Shown here: positions 8,961 to 17,511 of the stretch, one piece after another
Layout: the number at the start of each line of letters is the position of its first letter
How positions within the stretch are numbered: the stretch's first letter is position 1
Source of the DNA: Spirochaetales bacterium
Lineage (GTDB): Bacteria > Spirochaetota > Spirochaetia > DSM-27196 > PWMO01
Reading direction: 5' to 3'
DNA: 33,119 nucleotides
NCBI GenBank assembly: GCA_007130025.1
Contig: SLTF01000025.1
Location: 1-33,119 of the forward strand
The notes under the pieces: model-generated
Told to the model about the DNA's origin: nothing
The model's database searches: none
What the model saw: the letters and a program-made list of their open reading frames with translations, nothing else
Made by a program: the position numbers and the translations under genes

Positions 8961-10259
8961 TCAGGACGAGGGATCGGCGGCAAAAAAGGCAACAATTGAA
9001 CCGCTCCCCACCGACATCACCACGTTGCGGTTGATGTTCTGCGGAGGCACGTTGGTCAATCGGATACCGGTGTCCGTTCGGGTATAGGCGAAGTGGACCG
9101 GCCGAGTATCGAGTTGATTGAAGCGGAAGGTGAGGACGCCGTCAAAACTCCCCCGAAGCGGTGGTGCGAGGAAATGGCTGAACTCGATTCGCCCCTCAAG
9201 GCCGGCACCACGAGGAATCACGTTGGGAACAAAGCTTTCGTATCCGGTCCACTGGAAGCGGCCGTCACTGTTCAGGGTGATCCGTCCGTAGGCGGAGCTG
9301 ACCCAGCGGTCGCTTTTCTCCGCGAGCTCGCGGATCAACGTGGCACGCCGCTCCATCTCTCGTTCGCGTACCTCTGTCAGATCGTGTTCGATGATCTCCA
9401 GATCCGCCGACTCGGTCTGCGTGCCCACCGTGTACTGGATGGTGATCGCGTTGTCGCTTCGAAACGTGACCTGGAGGGTAGTGCCCTGTAGCGCGTATTG
9501 CCGTACGGTGGTCCGCACGATATCGGTGTACTCGAAGACCTCCGATCTCCCGCCGGAAAGCACAAGGCGGAACCGGCTCTCGTCGGGTTCGGGAAAGAGG
9601 CCGAAGTCGTTGCGAAGCTGCGAGAGATCGATGGTGGCGTTGCGGATCATCTGGCCGATTGACGACGGGCGCCACACGTTGTCCACGAGTCGCTCGATCA
9701 GCGGATCGATCTCGTCATCCGCGCCGCGCACGGCGATCTGCTGCCCCGCCTCAAAGGCGGTCAGGTAGAAGCCAAAGGTCCAACCGGTTGTGCCATCTTC
9801 GGTAAGAACCTCGTACCAGTGTGCCACCAGTCCCGCTTCGTTATGCGGCTCAGCCGTCCGGCTGATGACCTTGGCTTCCTCGCCTTCCCGCAGTCGGTAG
9901 ACTGCCTGCGAGGTGCGATCGAGAATCCGTCTCACCGGGAGTGCGTTTCGATCCGCACGAACGAAGGTCTGGGCGAACTGAGCGTAGGCGTCGGCAAACT
10001 CACGCGCGTCGGCGGCGGAATTGAAAAACCGGATGCGCCACTGGGGGAGCATCTCCCGGGTGCCGTCTTCAAAGACGATGATGTAGCTGCTCTGGATATT
10101 GGAGACCTCAAGGATACCAACGACCGCTCCGGCCAGCTCCGGGTTATCCTCGGGCCAGAGAAGGACCCCGTGACCAACCGTCCGTGGTCCACACGCCACA
10201 AAAAGAGCCGATGTCGCGACCACCACAAGAAAAACCCGCAATGCGTATTGTGTCTTCAT
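8961..10259 (-). CDS. predicted lipoprotein of unknown function with SH3-like segment
   Basis: MKTQYALRVFLVVVATSALFVAC-G has a signal peptide and lipobox. HWYEVLTEDGTTGWTFGFYL resembles a bacterial SH3 strand pattern. An alternative TTG start at 10301 overlaps the upstream stop (TTGA). It ends 9 nt before the ABC-F gene. Confidence 0.7.
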   Translation of the reverse strand: MKTQYALRVFLVVVATSALFVACGPRTVGHGVLLWPEDNPELAGAVVGILEVSNIQSSYIIVFEDGTREMLPQWRIRFFNSAADAREFADAYAQFAQTFVRADRNALPVRRILDRTSQAVYRLREGEEAKVISRTAEPHNEAGLVAHWYEVLTEDGTTGWTFGFYLTAFEAGQQIAVRGADDEIDPLIERLVDNVWRPSSIGQMIRNATIDLSQLRNDFGLFPEPDESRFRLVLSGGRSEVFEYTDIVRTTVRQYALQGTTLQVTFRSDNAITIQYTVGTQTESADLEIIEHDLTEVREREMERRATLIRELAEKSDRWVSSAYGRITLNSDGRFQWTGYESFVPNVIPRGAGLEGRIEFSHFLAPPLRGSFDGVLTFRFNQLDTRPVHFAYTRTDTGIRLTNVPPQNINRNVVMSVGSGSIVAFFAADPSS

Positions 10260-10297
10260 AGCTTGCGTCTGAATTTGCACCGACCGTGCGGTGCTCG

Positions 10298-11185
10298 TCA
10301 ATGCACGCGGGAACGATTCTGTGCGGTTTGGCGAAGGTTTTGTGAGGGAACGATGACGACAACCCGCCCCGACCGCAGGAGTTCGCGGTTGGAATCAGAG
10401 AAGAGGATCCGGTCCGCGGCGTCGACGGGAATCAACAGATCCGTAAAGGTTGTTCCAAACAGGCCGGTTGCAACGATGTGGAGTGGGTCGGTACCGGCAA
10501 CCGCTTCGATCATGGGGTCATTCGCATTATCGGTGTAGCGCACCACGCCGGAGGCGCGGACGACATCCGGTGGAACCATGTCGAAGGAGAGAACCGTTCG
10601 CATGGTGCGATCGAAGATTCGCGGCATCATTGCCGGAACGGCGAGCCCCTGCCGCCCGGTTCCGTGGATCGGAAGGGGGGCATCCGCGACGATGACGATC
10701 CCGCTGTATCGGCGGGTGGGAACCCAGCTCACCGATCGCGGGATTGGCGTTGGATCCGCATGGGTGACAACAACTCGGGCCAACTCCGGAAAGAGGGGGA
10801 GATGGTATTCGGCAACCACGTCGTGGAGGTCTGGAGTGCGATGCACCCGCACCCGTTGAGCGCCGGCGACCACGTTTGGAAGCATCACGGCAAGCTCAAG
10901 ATTGTGATCGATCAGATCGGAGACGGTGCGACCCTCATCGAGTCGAACGGACAGCAGCGCGTCCTGAAGGATCTGGGGCAGCTCACGCTCGATCTCGCGG
11001 CGCACCGAGTGCTCCGCGGCGGCGAGGTTTCTGCCGCTGGTGGGGACGGGTGCATGTACCTCAACCGCGACAATGCCGCGCTGCCAGTCCACCGTGGTAG
11101 ATGCGCGGTAATCGAGCGCCCCAACAAGGTGAGCGGCAAGTACCGCGAGACAGGCGACCAGCAGAAAACGGTGTGATATACGCAT
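10298..11185 (-). CDS. exported protein of unknown function (295 aa)
   Basis: N-terminal signal-like helix MRISHRFLLVACLAVLAAHLVGA. GGGAG lies 4 nt upstream of the ATG. High GC3 is consistent with real coding sequence. I recognise no family. Confidence 0.7.
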   Translation of the reverse strand: MRISHRFLLVACLAVLAAHLVGALDYRASTTVDWQRGIVAVEVHAPVPTSGRNLAAAEHSVRREIERELPQILQDALLSVRLDEGRTVSDLIDHNLELAVMLPNVVAGAQRVRVHRTPDLHDVVAEYHLPLFPELARVVVTHADPTPIPRSVSWVPTRRYSGIVIVADAPLPIHGTGRQGLAVPAMMPRIFDRTMRTVLSFDMVPPDVVRASGVVRYTDNANDPMIEAVAGTDPLHIVATGLFGTTFTDLLIPVDAADRILFSDSNRELLRSGRVVVIVPSQNLRQTAQNRSRVH

Positions 11186-11254
11186 CGTGCTCCCGCCTTC
11201 AGTATCGGCGAAAACCGCGTGTGAGCTTACCGTTGCTCCGTGCCCCGCGCCGGG

Positions 11255-12295
11255 TTACATGGCTTCGCCGAAGTAGATTCCCGCCCATTCCCAGTTTCCG
11301 TGTATTTCGGGGTCAGCCGGAAAGTCTACGCGACGGAAGTAGAGGTACCAGGTGCGGATCCGGTGCGACCATCCCCAGGTGCGAAGAAAGGCCTCACGGG
11401 CGTTGGAGTTTACTTCCAGCTCATCGGCGTACCGAACCCGCGAGCGCACCAGGAAGGTTCCCACGTTGAAATCAATCTGGCTGTTGGCATCGTACTCCTG
11501 CTGCTCCCACGACATCGCGAAGAAATTTTCCCGTGCCTTGTGGCGCAGCAGGGTGCGCACGTCCTGCCGCCAGATGGCGCTCTTGATGGTCGTTACCAGT
11601 CCGTCGAGACTCTCCATGGTCCAGTCGCGGGTGGAATCGTAGAAATTCACCCGATCGCGGACGTGGCGATGCGCTTCGGGGAACCCCAGAATCCGCGTCT
11701 GCGGATAGTTGAGAAAGTTGCGGTAGGCCGCGAACGCCAGATCCCATTCGCCCAGCTCTTCGAAGGTGCGCGCCATCGCGAAGTAGGTGGCACCCGGGTC
11801 TACGCGGTCACGGTAGCGGTCCAGAAGGTCCTGGTAGTAGTGGATACGCACCGCGGGGTCATCGGTGAGCCGCAGCAGCTCGGTGAGGGCGGCGTAGTGC
11901 ACTGACGTGCCACGCACGATCAGGTCGGTATAATTGGCCAGAATGCGCTGATAGTAGTGTTCCGCCATCTCCGGTGTGCCGTAGTTGCGGGCTACAAGCA
12001 GAAGGTAGTAGGCGCTGAACGGGTCCTCCGGGTGATTCTCCACGTGGGTGGTCAGAAACACCCGCATCCGCTCGGGGTAACCTGCCTGCAGGAGATGTCC
12101 GGCAATCTGCTCGATCAGAATGACCCGCGCAGCCTCGTCATCTCCGTTGCCGTCGAGCAGGCGAAACAGCTCGCGAAGTTCCTGTTGCTGCTCGGTGGTG
12201 CCGACGATGTAGTAGTCGTCAACGCGGGCACAGCCGGACAGGACCGCCAGTATCAGAAGGGCCGCCAAGGCGGCCGGAACGTATCGATATCGCAT
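11255..12295 (-). CDS. predicted lipoprotein, helical-repeat (TPR-like) N-terminal half plus beta-rich C-terminal domain
   Basis: MRYRYVPAALAALLILAVLSGC-A has a lipobox. Repeated Y/A/L-rich helical pairs occur (YYLLLVARNYG, YYQRILANY, YFAMARTFEELGEWDLAFAAYRNFL). The C-terminal ~120 aa are W/R/F-rich. Confidence 0.7.
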   Translation of the reverse strand: MRYRYVPAALAALLILAVLSGCARVDDYYIVGTTEQQQELRELFRLLDGNGDDEAARVILIEQIAGHLLQAGYPERMRVFLTTHVENHPEDPFSAYYLLLVARNYGTPEMAEHYYQRILANYTDLIVRGTSVHYAALTELLRLTDDPAVRIHYYQDLLDRYRDRVDPGATYFAMARTFEELGEWDLAFAAYRNFLNYPQTRILGFPEAHRHVRDRVNFYDSTRDWTMESLDGLVTTIKSAIWRQDVRTLLRHKARENFFAMSWEQQEYDANSQIDFNVGTFLVRSRVRYADELEVNSNAREAFLRTWGWSHRIRTWYLYFRRVDFPADPEIHGNWEWAGIYFGEAM

Positions 12296-12327
12296 ACCGG
12301 CAACAGTCTACTCAATCGGCACCTTGG

Positions 12328-12357
12328 TTGGCAAGCGCCCGGCCCTTTTGCTACAAT
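12328..12357 (+). promoter_or_regulatory. putative sigma70-type promoter
   Basis: TTGGCA (12328-12333), 18-nt spacer, TACAAT (12352-12357). It ends 14 nt before the ATG at 12372. GAGGT lies just upstream of the start. Confidence 0.4.
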
Positions 12358-12371
12358 CAGGTTGAGGTATC

Positions 12372-12899
12372 ATGTTACACCGCGTTCCAAACAAGCTCGT
12401 ACTCTTTGGTTCCGGCTTCATCGTGCTTGGGTCGGCGTTGCTGCTATGGACACTCGGCTACCTGCCCGCGGCCGCGGCGCTCTGGCCGGTGATTGTCATG
12501 CTCGCAGGGCTCTGGATGCTCCATGCGGTCTTTTTTCGCGGAGGGCGCGAGTCATACGTCTTCTCCGGGCTCTTTCTGGCGCTGGGCGGAGCGGTGGTGC
12601 TCCTGATGAACACCGTGCTTTCTCGCGTCGCGCTGACCCGCATCTGGCCGGTGTTTATGGCGATCGCCGGGTTTTCGCTTCTGGGGTACGGATTGAAAAA
12701 GCACGAGCCGTCGGCTCGGGCGGTACTGATTGTGCCCGCGTGGGCGATCATCCTCCTGGCCCTGATCTTTCTTCCCTTCAGTCTGGATGTCGTGTCAATC
12801 AGCTTTATTCGGTTTGTTGGTCTCTGGTGGCCGGTGCTCTTTATCGCAGCGGGGGTGGTGATGCTGATCGCCCACATTCGACGCAGACCTCGGGGTTGA
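12372..12899 (+). CDS. polytopic membrane protein (5-6 TM, LiaF-N/DUF5668-like)
   Basis: 175 aa, almost entirely hydrophobic helices separated by short R/K/G loops, with no soluble domain. Confidence 0.7.
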   Translation: MLHRVPNKLVLFGSGFIVLGSALLLWTLGYLPAAAALWPVIVMLAGLWMLHAVFFRGGRESYVFSGLFLALGGAVVLLMNTVLSRVALTRIWPVFMAIAGFSLLGYGLKKHEPSARAVLIVPAWAIILLALIFLPFSLDVVSISFIRFVGLWWPVLFIAAGVVMLIAHIRRRPRG

Positions 12900-12924
12900 T
12901 CAAGAGATCGGAAGCCGGATCCGC

Positions 12925-13395
12925 TTAGCGTGTCGGGTCGTCCTCGCTCTCGTCGCTCTTCTCGATTTCATCGTCCTGGTCTTCGTCGTCGGCTTCGTCC
13001 TCCGACGCAGGATCTTCCTCGGGTTCCGGTTCGGGAAGGCAGTTGTCGTCGCGGTAGAGGATGGAGTTCCAGTCCAGCCTGCGACCGGTGCATTGGCAGG
13101 TGAGGGTGAACGGAAAGGTGTGCTCGCGCAGGATGAATACCGCGGCAATGACCGCGAGGATCACGGCCACCATGACCCCGTCGCCCAGGGCGTACTGGCG
13201 GCACAGTTCGGCGCCGGCGTAGATAACGAGGGCGGCGATGGCAAGATAGAGGGTTGCCATCCGTTTTTTCTGTGCAGTGCGTTGGTGCTTGCGCTGGGTC
13301 ATGTTCAGAATGAGAATGGCCAGGAAGACCCAGTAGAAGTATTGCGCAACAAAATCGACAAGGATCGTTGATTGAAGAATCATGGTGGACACCAT
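12925..13395 (-). CDS. small membrane protein with Cys-containing segment and strongly acidic C-terminal tail
   Basis: Three predicted TM helices, then TLTCQCTGRRLDWNSILYRDDNC and the tail EPEPEEDPASEDEADDEDQDDEIEKSDESEDDPTR. The start is ambiguous: ATG 13395, ATG 13383 or TTG 13419. Confidence 0.55.
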   Translation of the reverse strand: MVSTMILQSTILVDFVAQYFYWVFLAILILNMTQRKHQRTAQKKRMATLYLAIAALVIYAGAELCRQYALGDGVMVAVILAVIAAVFILREHTFPFTLTCQCTGRRLDWNSILYRDDNCLPEPEPEEDPASEDEADDEDQDDEIEKSDESEDDPTR

Positions 13396-14250
13396 ACCCG
13401 GAAACCGACTCCCGTGCAAACTCCCGGAAGCCTCTCAACGATTCTCGAGAATCTGTTTGAGCGCCACCACCATCCACGGTTTCTCCATCCCGATCCATTG
13501 GAGATGGTCTTTCACTACGACGATCCGGCGGATCGGGAAGTGGCGGGGTTCATTGCCTCCGCGCTCGCGCTCGGTCGGGTTTCCGGGATTCTTGGCGCCG
13601 GTACCGCGGCTCTGGGTGCGCTGGGACCCCGGCCGGCCGAGACGCTTCGCTCCTGTCCGGCCGGCGAGCTTCGCGAACGGTGCGAGGGGTTTGTCTATCG
13701 GTTTTTCACCGCCGACCATCTTGCCAACTTTCTGGCGGCGGTGGGGTCTCTGCTGCGGGAGTTTGGCTCGCTGGAGCGCGCCTTCCTGAGCGGGCACGCC
13801 GCGGACGCCGAAACCACGCTACCCGCGGCTGAGGCCTTTCTGGCGCGGTTTCACGCGCGCGCCGAGGGGCCGATCGCGATTCTGCTGCCGCTGCCCGGGC
13901 GCGGCGGAAGCCTCAAGCGGCTGCACCTGTTTCTGCGCTGGATGGTGCGCTCCGATTGCATCGACCCCGGCGGATGGAACAGCGTGCTGCCGGCTCAGTT
14001 GATCGTACCCCTGGACACCCATATGCACCGGTTGGCGCGCGAACTTGGATTGACCGCGCGACGCAGCTGCGACGCGCGAACCGCACTGGAGATCACCGCG
14101 GCATTTCGCGGTGTCGATTCCGCCGATCCGGTGCGTTTCGACTTTTCCCTGACGCGGCTTGGGATTCATCCTGATCTGGGATACGCGACGCTGTTTGGTT
14201 TGTCCGGCGGTGGTTGGTCTGAAGCGCCACCTGAGCCGGACCGCCGGTGA
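13372..14250 (+). CDS. TIGR02757/DUF2400-family protein
   Basis: FLHPDPLEMVFHYDDPADREVAGFIASALALGRV...LKRLHLFLRWMVR...DPGGW...LIVPLDTHMHRLARELGL matches my recollection of the TIGR02757 pattern. The start is ambiguous (ATG 13372 or GTG 13414). Its 5' end overlaps the divergent gene. Confidence 0.7.
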   Translation: MKNHGGHHTRKPTPVQTPGSLSTILENLFERHHHPRFLHPDPLEMVFHYDDPADREVAGFIASALALGRVSGILGAGTAALGALGPRPAETLRSCPAGELRERCEGFVYRFFTADHLANFLAAVGSLLREFGSLERAFLSGHAADAETTLPAAEAFLARFHARAEGPIAILLPLPGRGGSLKRLHLFLRWMVRSDCIDPGGWNSVLPAQLIVPLDTHMHRLARELGLTARRSCDARTALEITAAFRGVDSADPVRFDFSLTRLGIHPDLGYATLFGLSGGGWSEAPPEPDRR

Positions 14251-15903
14251 TTAACCGATCAGAAAGGTATAGGTGAGCACCACCGCAAAGAAGAGGGTAA
14301 AGAGCGTTGCCACCCCGTTGAAGGTGAAACGGAACTCGCGCACTGCCGAGAGCACCTCGAGGCGGTGCACCACCCCGTAGTAGAGCGCGACCGCAACCAC
14401 CAGGGTTCCCCCAAAGATCAGAAACTTGTCCAGGTAGAATGCGCCCGAAATCGGCAGGGTGTGGCCGAAGAGCAGATCCATGATCGGAGCGGCAAACAGG
14501 CCTCCTCCGAGGCACATCGCACCCATCAACAGGGCAACCGAGTTCATGGCAAACGACCGGCCGGGAATCCGGGGAAGATCGTGGTGGGTCGCGACGTCCG
14601 AGGGTTCCGCCGCACGTTCACCGGCGGCTGCACGTTCGGGAAGGAACATCTGCAGATACTTCACGAAGACCATGGTGGTGCCCAGGTTGACCAGGTAGAT
14701 CAGCGGCTCCCACGGTTGACCCGCAAGTCCCGCCTGGATGAGATACTTGGAAACGCTTCCGTTGAAGAAGGGACCTCCGGTGATGCCCAGAACGCCAAAG
14801 AGTGAGGCCAGAGCAAACAGCGGCGCCTTTGGCGCGATGTTGCGGATGCGGGTTATGTCCCGCGTGCCGGCGGCGTGGGTAATTGCGCCGGCGGTGATGA
14901 AGAGCAGCGCCTTGAAGAGGGCATGATTCATGATGTGAAACACGCTGCCCCAGTACGCGGCGTCGGTGCCGCTGTTCAGGCCCATGAGAATCAGCCCAAC
15001 CTGGGAGACGGTGCTGAAGGCGAGGATGAGTTTGACGTCGCGGTGCACCAGCGCAATCGAGAATCCCACCACCGCGGTCACCAGCCCCAGGAAGAAGAAG
15101 AAGAGCGTGGTATCGAAGGCGGGCAGAAAGACCTGCTGCAGTCGAACCAGAAAGTAGAGCCCCACCTTGACCTGAAGCCCCGAGAGCACCGCCGATACGG
15201 CGGAAGGGGCGCTCAGCGCGCCGTGGGCGCTCGGGAGCCAGCTGAACAGCGGCAGGATGGCGGCTTTCAGACAGACCGCGGAGACAATCAAGGCGAAGGG
15301 CAGGGCGAGGGCGCGCGGGTTTTCGATCATGGCGACGCGGGTCGCCATGGTGGTCAGATCCAGCGTCCCGAGGCTCTTGTACAGGAATCCAACGCCCAGG
15401 AGAAAGAAGGTCATGCCAAAGAGGTTGATCACCACGTAGAGCAGACCGTCGTAGAGCGCCTGCTTGTCGCGTTTATACATGATCAGGGTGGCAATCGTGA
15501 GCATGCTGAGCTCGATCAGCACGTAGACGTGGAATATATCGCCGGCGAGAAACAGCCCGACGGTTACCCCCTGCAACATGATAAAGAGGAACTGGAAGGT
15601 GTTGTTCATGTAGCGCTTTCCGTAGTTGAACAGAAAGAGCAGCAGGAAGACGGTTGAGGTCAGCAGGACGAGGGTTATTGAAAGCCTGTCCGCAACCAGG
15701 GCGATGCCGATATTCTCGCTCCAGCCGCCCAGGTACTCCACCACCCGCCCGGCATCGCGGACGCGAGCCACGGCCAGAACCGCCAGCGTCGTGTGGGCGA
15801 GCTGCACACCGATAAGCAGGTGCTTGTAGACCGTGCGCGGGAGGAAGTATCCCAGCGTTGCGACAAAGACCGGGAGCAGTACCAGGACGTACAGAGGAAT
15901 CAT
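14251..15903 (-). CDS. mrpD: Mrp/Mnh antiporter subunit D-like (NuoN/ND2-type proton-conducting membrane subunit, MbhH-like)
   Basis: 550 aa with about 14 TM helices. Proton_antipo_M hallmarks are present (WLPSAHGA.SAPSAVSAVLSG..VKVG.Y, STVSQVG, HALFKALLF). It is the only large antiporter subunit in the cluster. Confidence 0.88.
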   Translation of the reverse strand: MIPLYVLVLLPVFVATLGYFLPRTVYKHLLIGVQLAHTTLAVLAVARVRDAGRVVEYLGGWSENIGIALVADRLSITLVLLTSTVFLLLFLFNYGKRYMNNTFQFLFIMLQGVTVGLFLAGDIFHVYVLIELSMLTIATLIMYKRDKQALYDGLLYVVINLFGMTFFLLGVGFLYKSLGTLDLTTMATRVAMIENPRALALPFALIVSAVCLKAAILPLFSWLPSAHGALSAPSAVSAVLSGLQVKVGLYFLVRLQQVFLPAFDTTLFFFFLGLVTAVVGFSIALVHRDVKLILAFSTVSQVGLILMGLNSGTDAAYWGSVFHIMNHALFKALLFITAGAITHAAGTRDITRIRNIAPKAPLFALASLFGVLGITGGPFFNGSVSKYLIQAGLAGQPWEPLIYLVNLGTTMVFVKYLQMFLPERAAAGERAAEPSDVATHHDLPRIPGRSFAMNSVALLMGAMCLGGGLFAAPIMDLLFGHTLPISGAFYLDKFLIFGGTLVVAVALYYGVVHRLEVLSAVREFRFTFNGVATLFTLFFAVVLTYTFLIG

Positions 15904-16247
15904 CGTTTGGGTACCCTGCGGATGACGTGTTCCCAGTCGGCGGTGCCGTGTTTGCGGAACAGGCTGATGAAGATGGTAAGGCTGACCGCCGTCACCGACA
16001 GTCCGATTACGATGGCGGTGATCATCAGCGCCTGGGGCAGGGGATCGGCCATCCGGGCGAAGTCGGTGTCGCCAATCGGCGGAATGCTGCCCGGCGTGTA
16101 GTTGACCGTGATCAGAAACAGAATTGCCCCGAAATCCATGATGTTCACCGAGACGATGGTCTTGATGATGTTGCGCTTGGTCAGCACCCCGTAGAGACCG
16201 ATGAAGAAGAGCACCAGACTGATGTTCTGCGCGGTGACAAACTGCAC
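15900..16247 (-). CDS. mrpC: Mrp/Mnh subunit C (NuoK-like, MbhG-like)
   Basis: 115 aa. LFFIGLYGVLTKRNIIKTIVSVNIM and ALMITAIVIGLSVTA resemble NuoK/MnhC. 4-nt overlap with mrpD. Confidence 0.85.
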   Translation of the reverse strand: MQFVTAQNISLVLFFIGLYGVLTKRNIIKTIVSVNIMDFGAILFLITVNYTPGSIPPIGDTDFARMADPLPQALMITAIVIGLSVTAVSLTIFISLFRKHGTADWEHVIRRVPKR

Positions 16248-16248
16248 G

Positions 16249-16647
16249 CTACCGGTCCTCGAAAAATGCGTAGCGAAAGACCACGATGGTCAGCCCCAGC
16301 GCGACCTTGAATCCAATCAGCAGGTTCATGAAGATCAGATAGGCTTCGTTCCACTGTGGGTAGCGGCGGCTCAGCGTTCCAAAGACAAACAGCACCGGTA
16401 CCAGAATCAGCACCACCAGCAGCGCCTTCTCAACCAGGTGGGCGCGGTGAATGCTGAAGTCGTCGGTGTGAAAGACCAGATAGCGCCCGATAAAGAGCAC
16501 CGCAAGAATTGCTCCGCCCTGGAAGCCACCTCCCGGGGTGTTGTGCCCGTTCAGAATGACGTAGAGCCCGAACACGATAATAAACGGATAGAGTACCCCG
16601 GTGATTACGGCAACAATGGAGGTGTCCTTCTCCACCGGCTCGATCAT
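16249..16647 (-). CDS. mrpB: Mrp/Mnh subunit B domain protein (MbhF-like)
   Basis: 132 aa. The GHNTPGGGFQGGAILA motif is characteristic of the MnhB domain. Confidence 0.85.
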   Translation of the reverse strand: MIEPVEKDTSIVAVITGVLYPFIIVFGLYVILNGHNTPGGGFQGGAILAVLFIGRYLVFHTDDFSIHRAHLVEKALLVVLILVPVLFVFGTLSRRYPQWNEAYLIFMNLLIGFKVALGLTIVVFRYAFFEDR

Positions 16648-16904
16648 TTGTTGCCTCCGATGGTGAAGAAGTGCATCATGCCGATAACGCTGGTTATCAG
16701 GATCAGCGCCTCGAAGATGGTGTCGTACATCCGGTAGTTGAGGTAGATGGCGGCGACGGCGTTTCCCGCGCCGGTGTCCGCCGTGAAATTTTCGATGTAG
16801 TAGCGCGAAACCTCGTTGGGCAGCATCTCACGCTCTCCGTTGGAGAGATAGAGCACAAAGCCCATGAGGAGTACCACAAAGAGTACCACGGCAATCTGTT
16901 TCAT
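16644..16904 (-). CDS. small Mrp/Mbh membrane subunit (MbhE-like)
   Basis: 86 aa. GAGNAVAAIYLNYRMYDTIFEALILITSVIG matches the N.V..I...YR..DT..E motif of MnhB-N/MbhE proteins. 4-nt overlap with the next gene. Confidence 0.75.
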   Translation of the reverse strand: MKQIAVVLFVVLLMGFVLYLSNGEREMLPNEVSRYYIENFTADTGAGNAVAAIYLNYRMYDTIFEALILITSVIGMMHFFTIGGNK

Positions 16905-16944
16905 GGGGTGTTCCCGCCTCCTGCGACGCTTCGATCGGTGTGCT

Positions 16945-17511
16945 TCACGAGGCTTCCTCGTGCAGGGCGAGCTCTTCGTCGTATCGGATGAACTTGCAGT
17001 TCAGATCCTGGTACCGCATGATGATCAGCATCTCAAGCTCATCCACGAAGTAGTTATCCTGGTTTCCGTAGACCGTCAGTTGCTCGCCCTCCTGCCGGAT
17101 GATGAGATCGGAGGAGCGCTTCTCCAGCAATGAAGGAAGATCCTCCGGGGTGCAGATAATCTGGGGCTCCAGCTCCTTGGAGATACAGAACTGTTCGATC
17201 TCGCGCAGGAGCTGTCCGCGTCGCGTTCCTTCGATGATGTAGCGGTCGTCTACCTCGCGGAACATCTCGTTGGTAAAGCGGATGGTGTAGACGCGGTGGC
17301 GCTTCAGTGCGGTGAGGTAGAGCAGGGTCACCAGGCCGCTCGCCATGACCGCCTCGGCAATGGCAACGTCCGGCGCTCCGTAGTAGAGGTAGAGAAAGGA
17401 GAGCAGCAGCGAAAAGATGCCCAGGAAGATGACGGCCATGCGCAGAATCTGGGTCTCGACGGCAATGATGGCCAGCAGCACCAGAAGCAGGAGCAGGATT
17501 GCCTCGGTCAT
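16945..17511 (-). CDS. DUF4040/MbhD-like membrane domain (about 70 aa) fused to a soluble domain of about 115 aa with unknown function
   Basis: The N terminus MTEAILLLLLVLLAIIAVETQILRMAVIFLGIFSLLLSFLYLYYGAPDVAIAEAVMASGLVTLLYL is MbhD/MrpA-C-terminal-like (APDVA..E). It is followed by a hydrophilic, TM-free domain RHRVYTIRFTNEMFREVDDRYIIEG...NCKFIRYDEELALHEEAS. Confidence 0.7.
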   Translation of the reverse strand: MTEAILLLLLVLLAIIAVETQILRMAVIFLGIFSLLLSFLYLYYGAPDVAIAEAVMASGLVTLLYLTALKRHRVYTIRFTNEMFREVDDRYIIEGTRRGQLLREIEQFCISKELEPQIICTPEDLPSLLEKRSSDLIIRQEGEQLTVYGNQDNYFVDELEMLIIMRYQDLNCKFIRYDEELALHEEAS

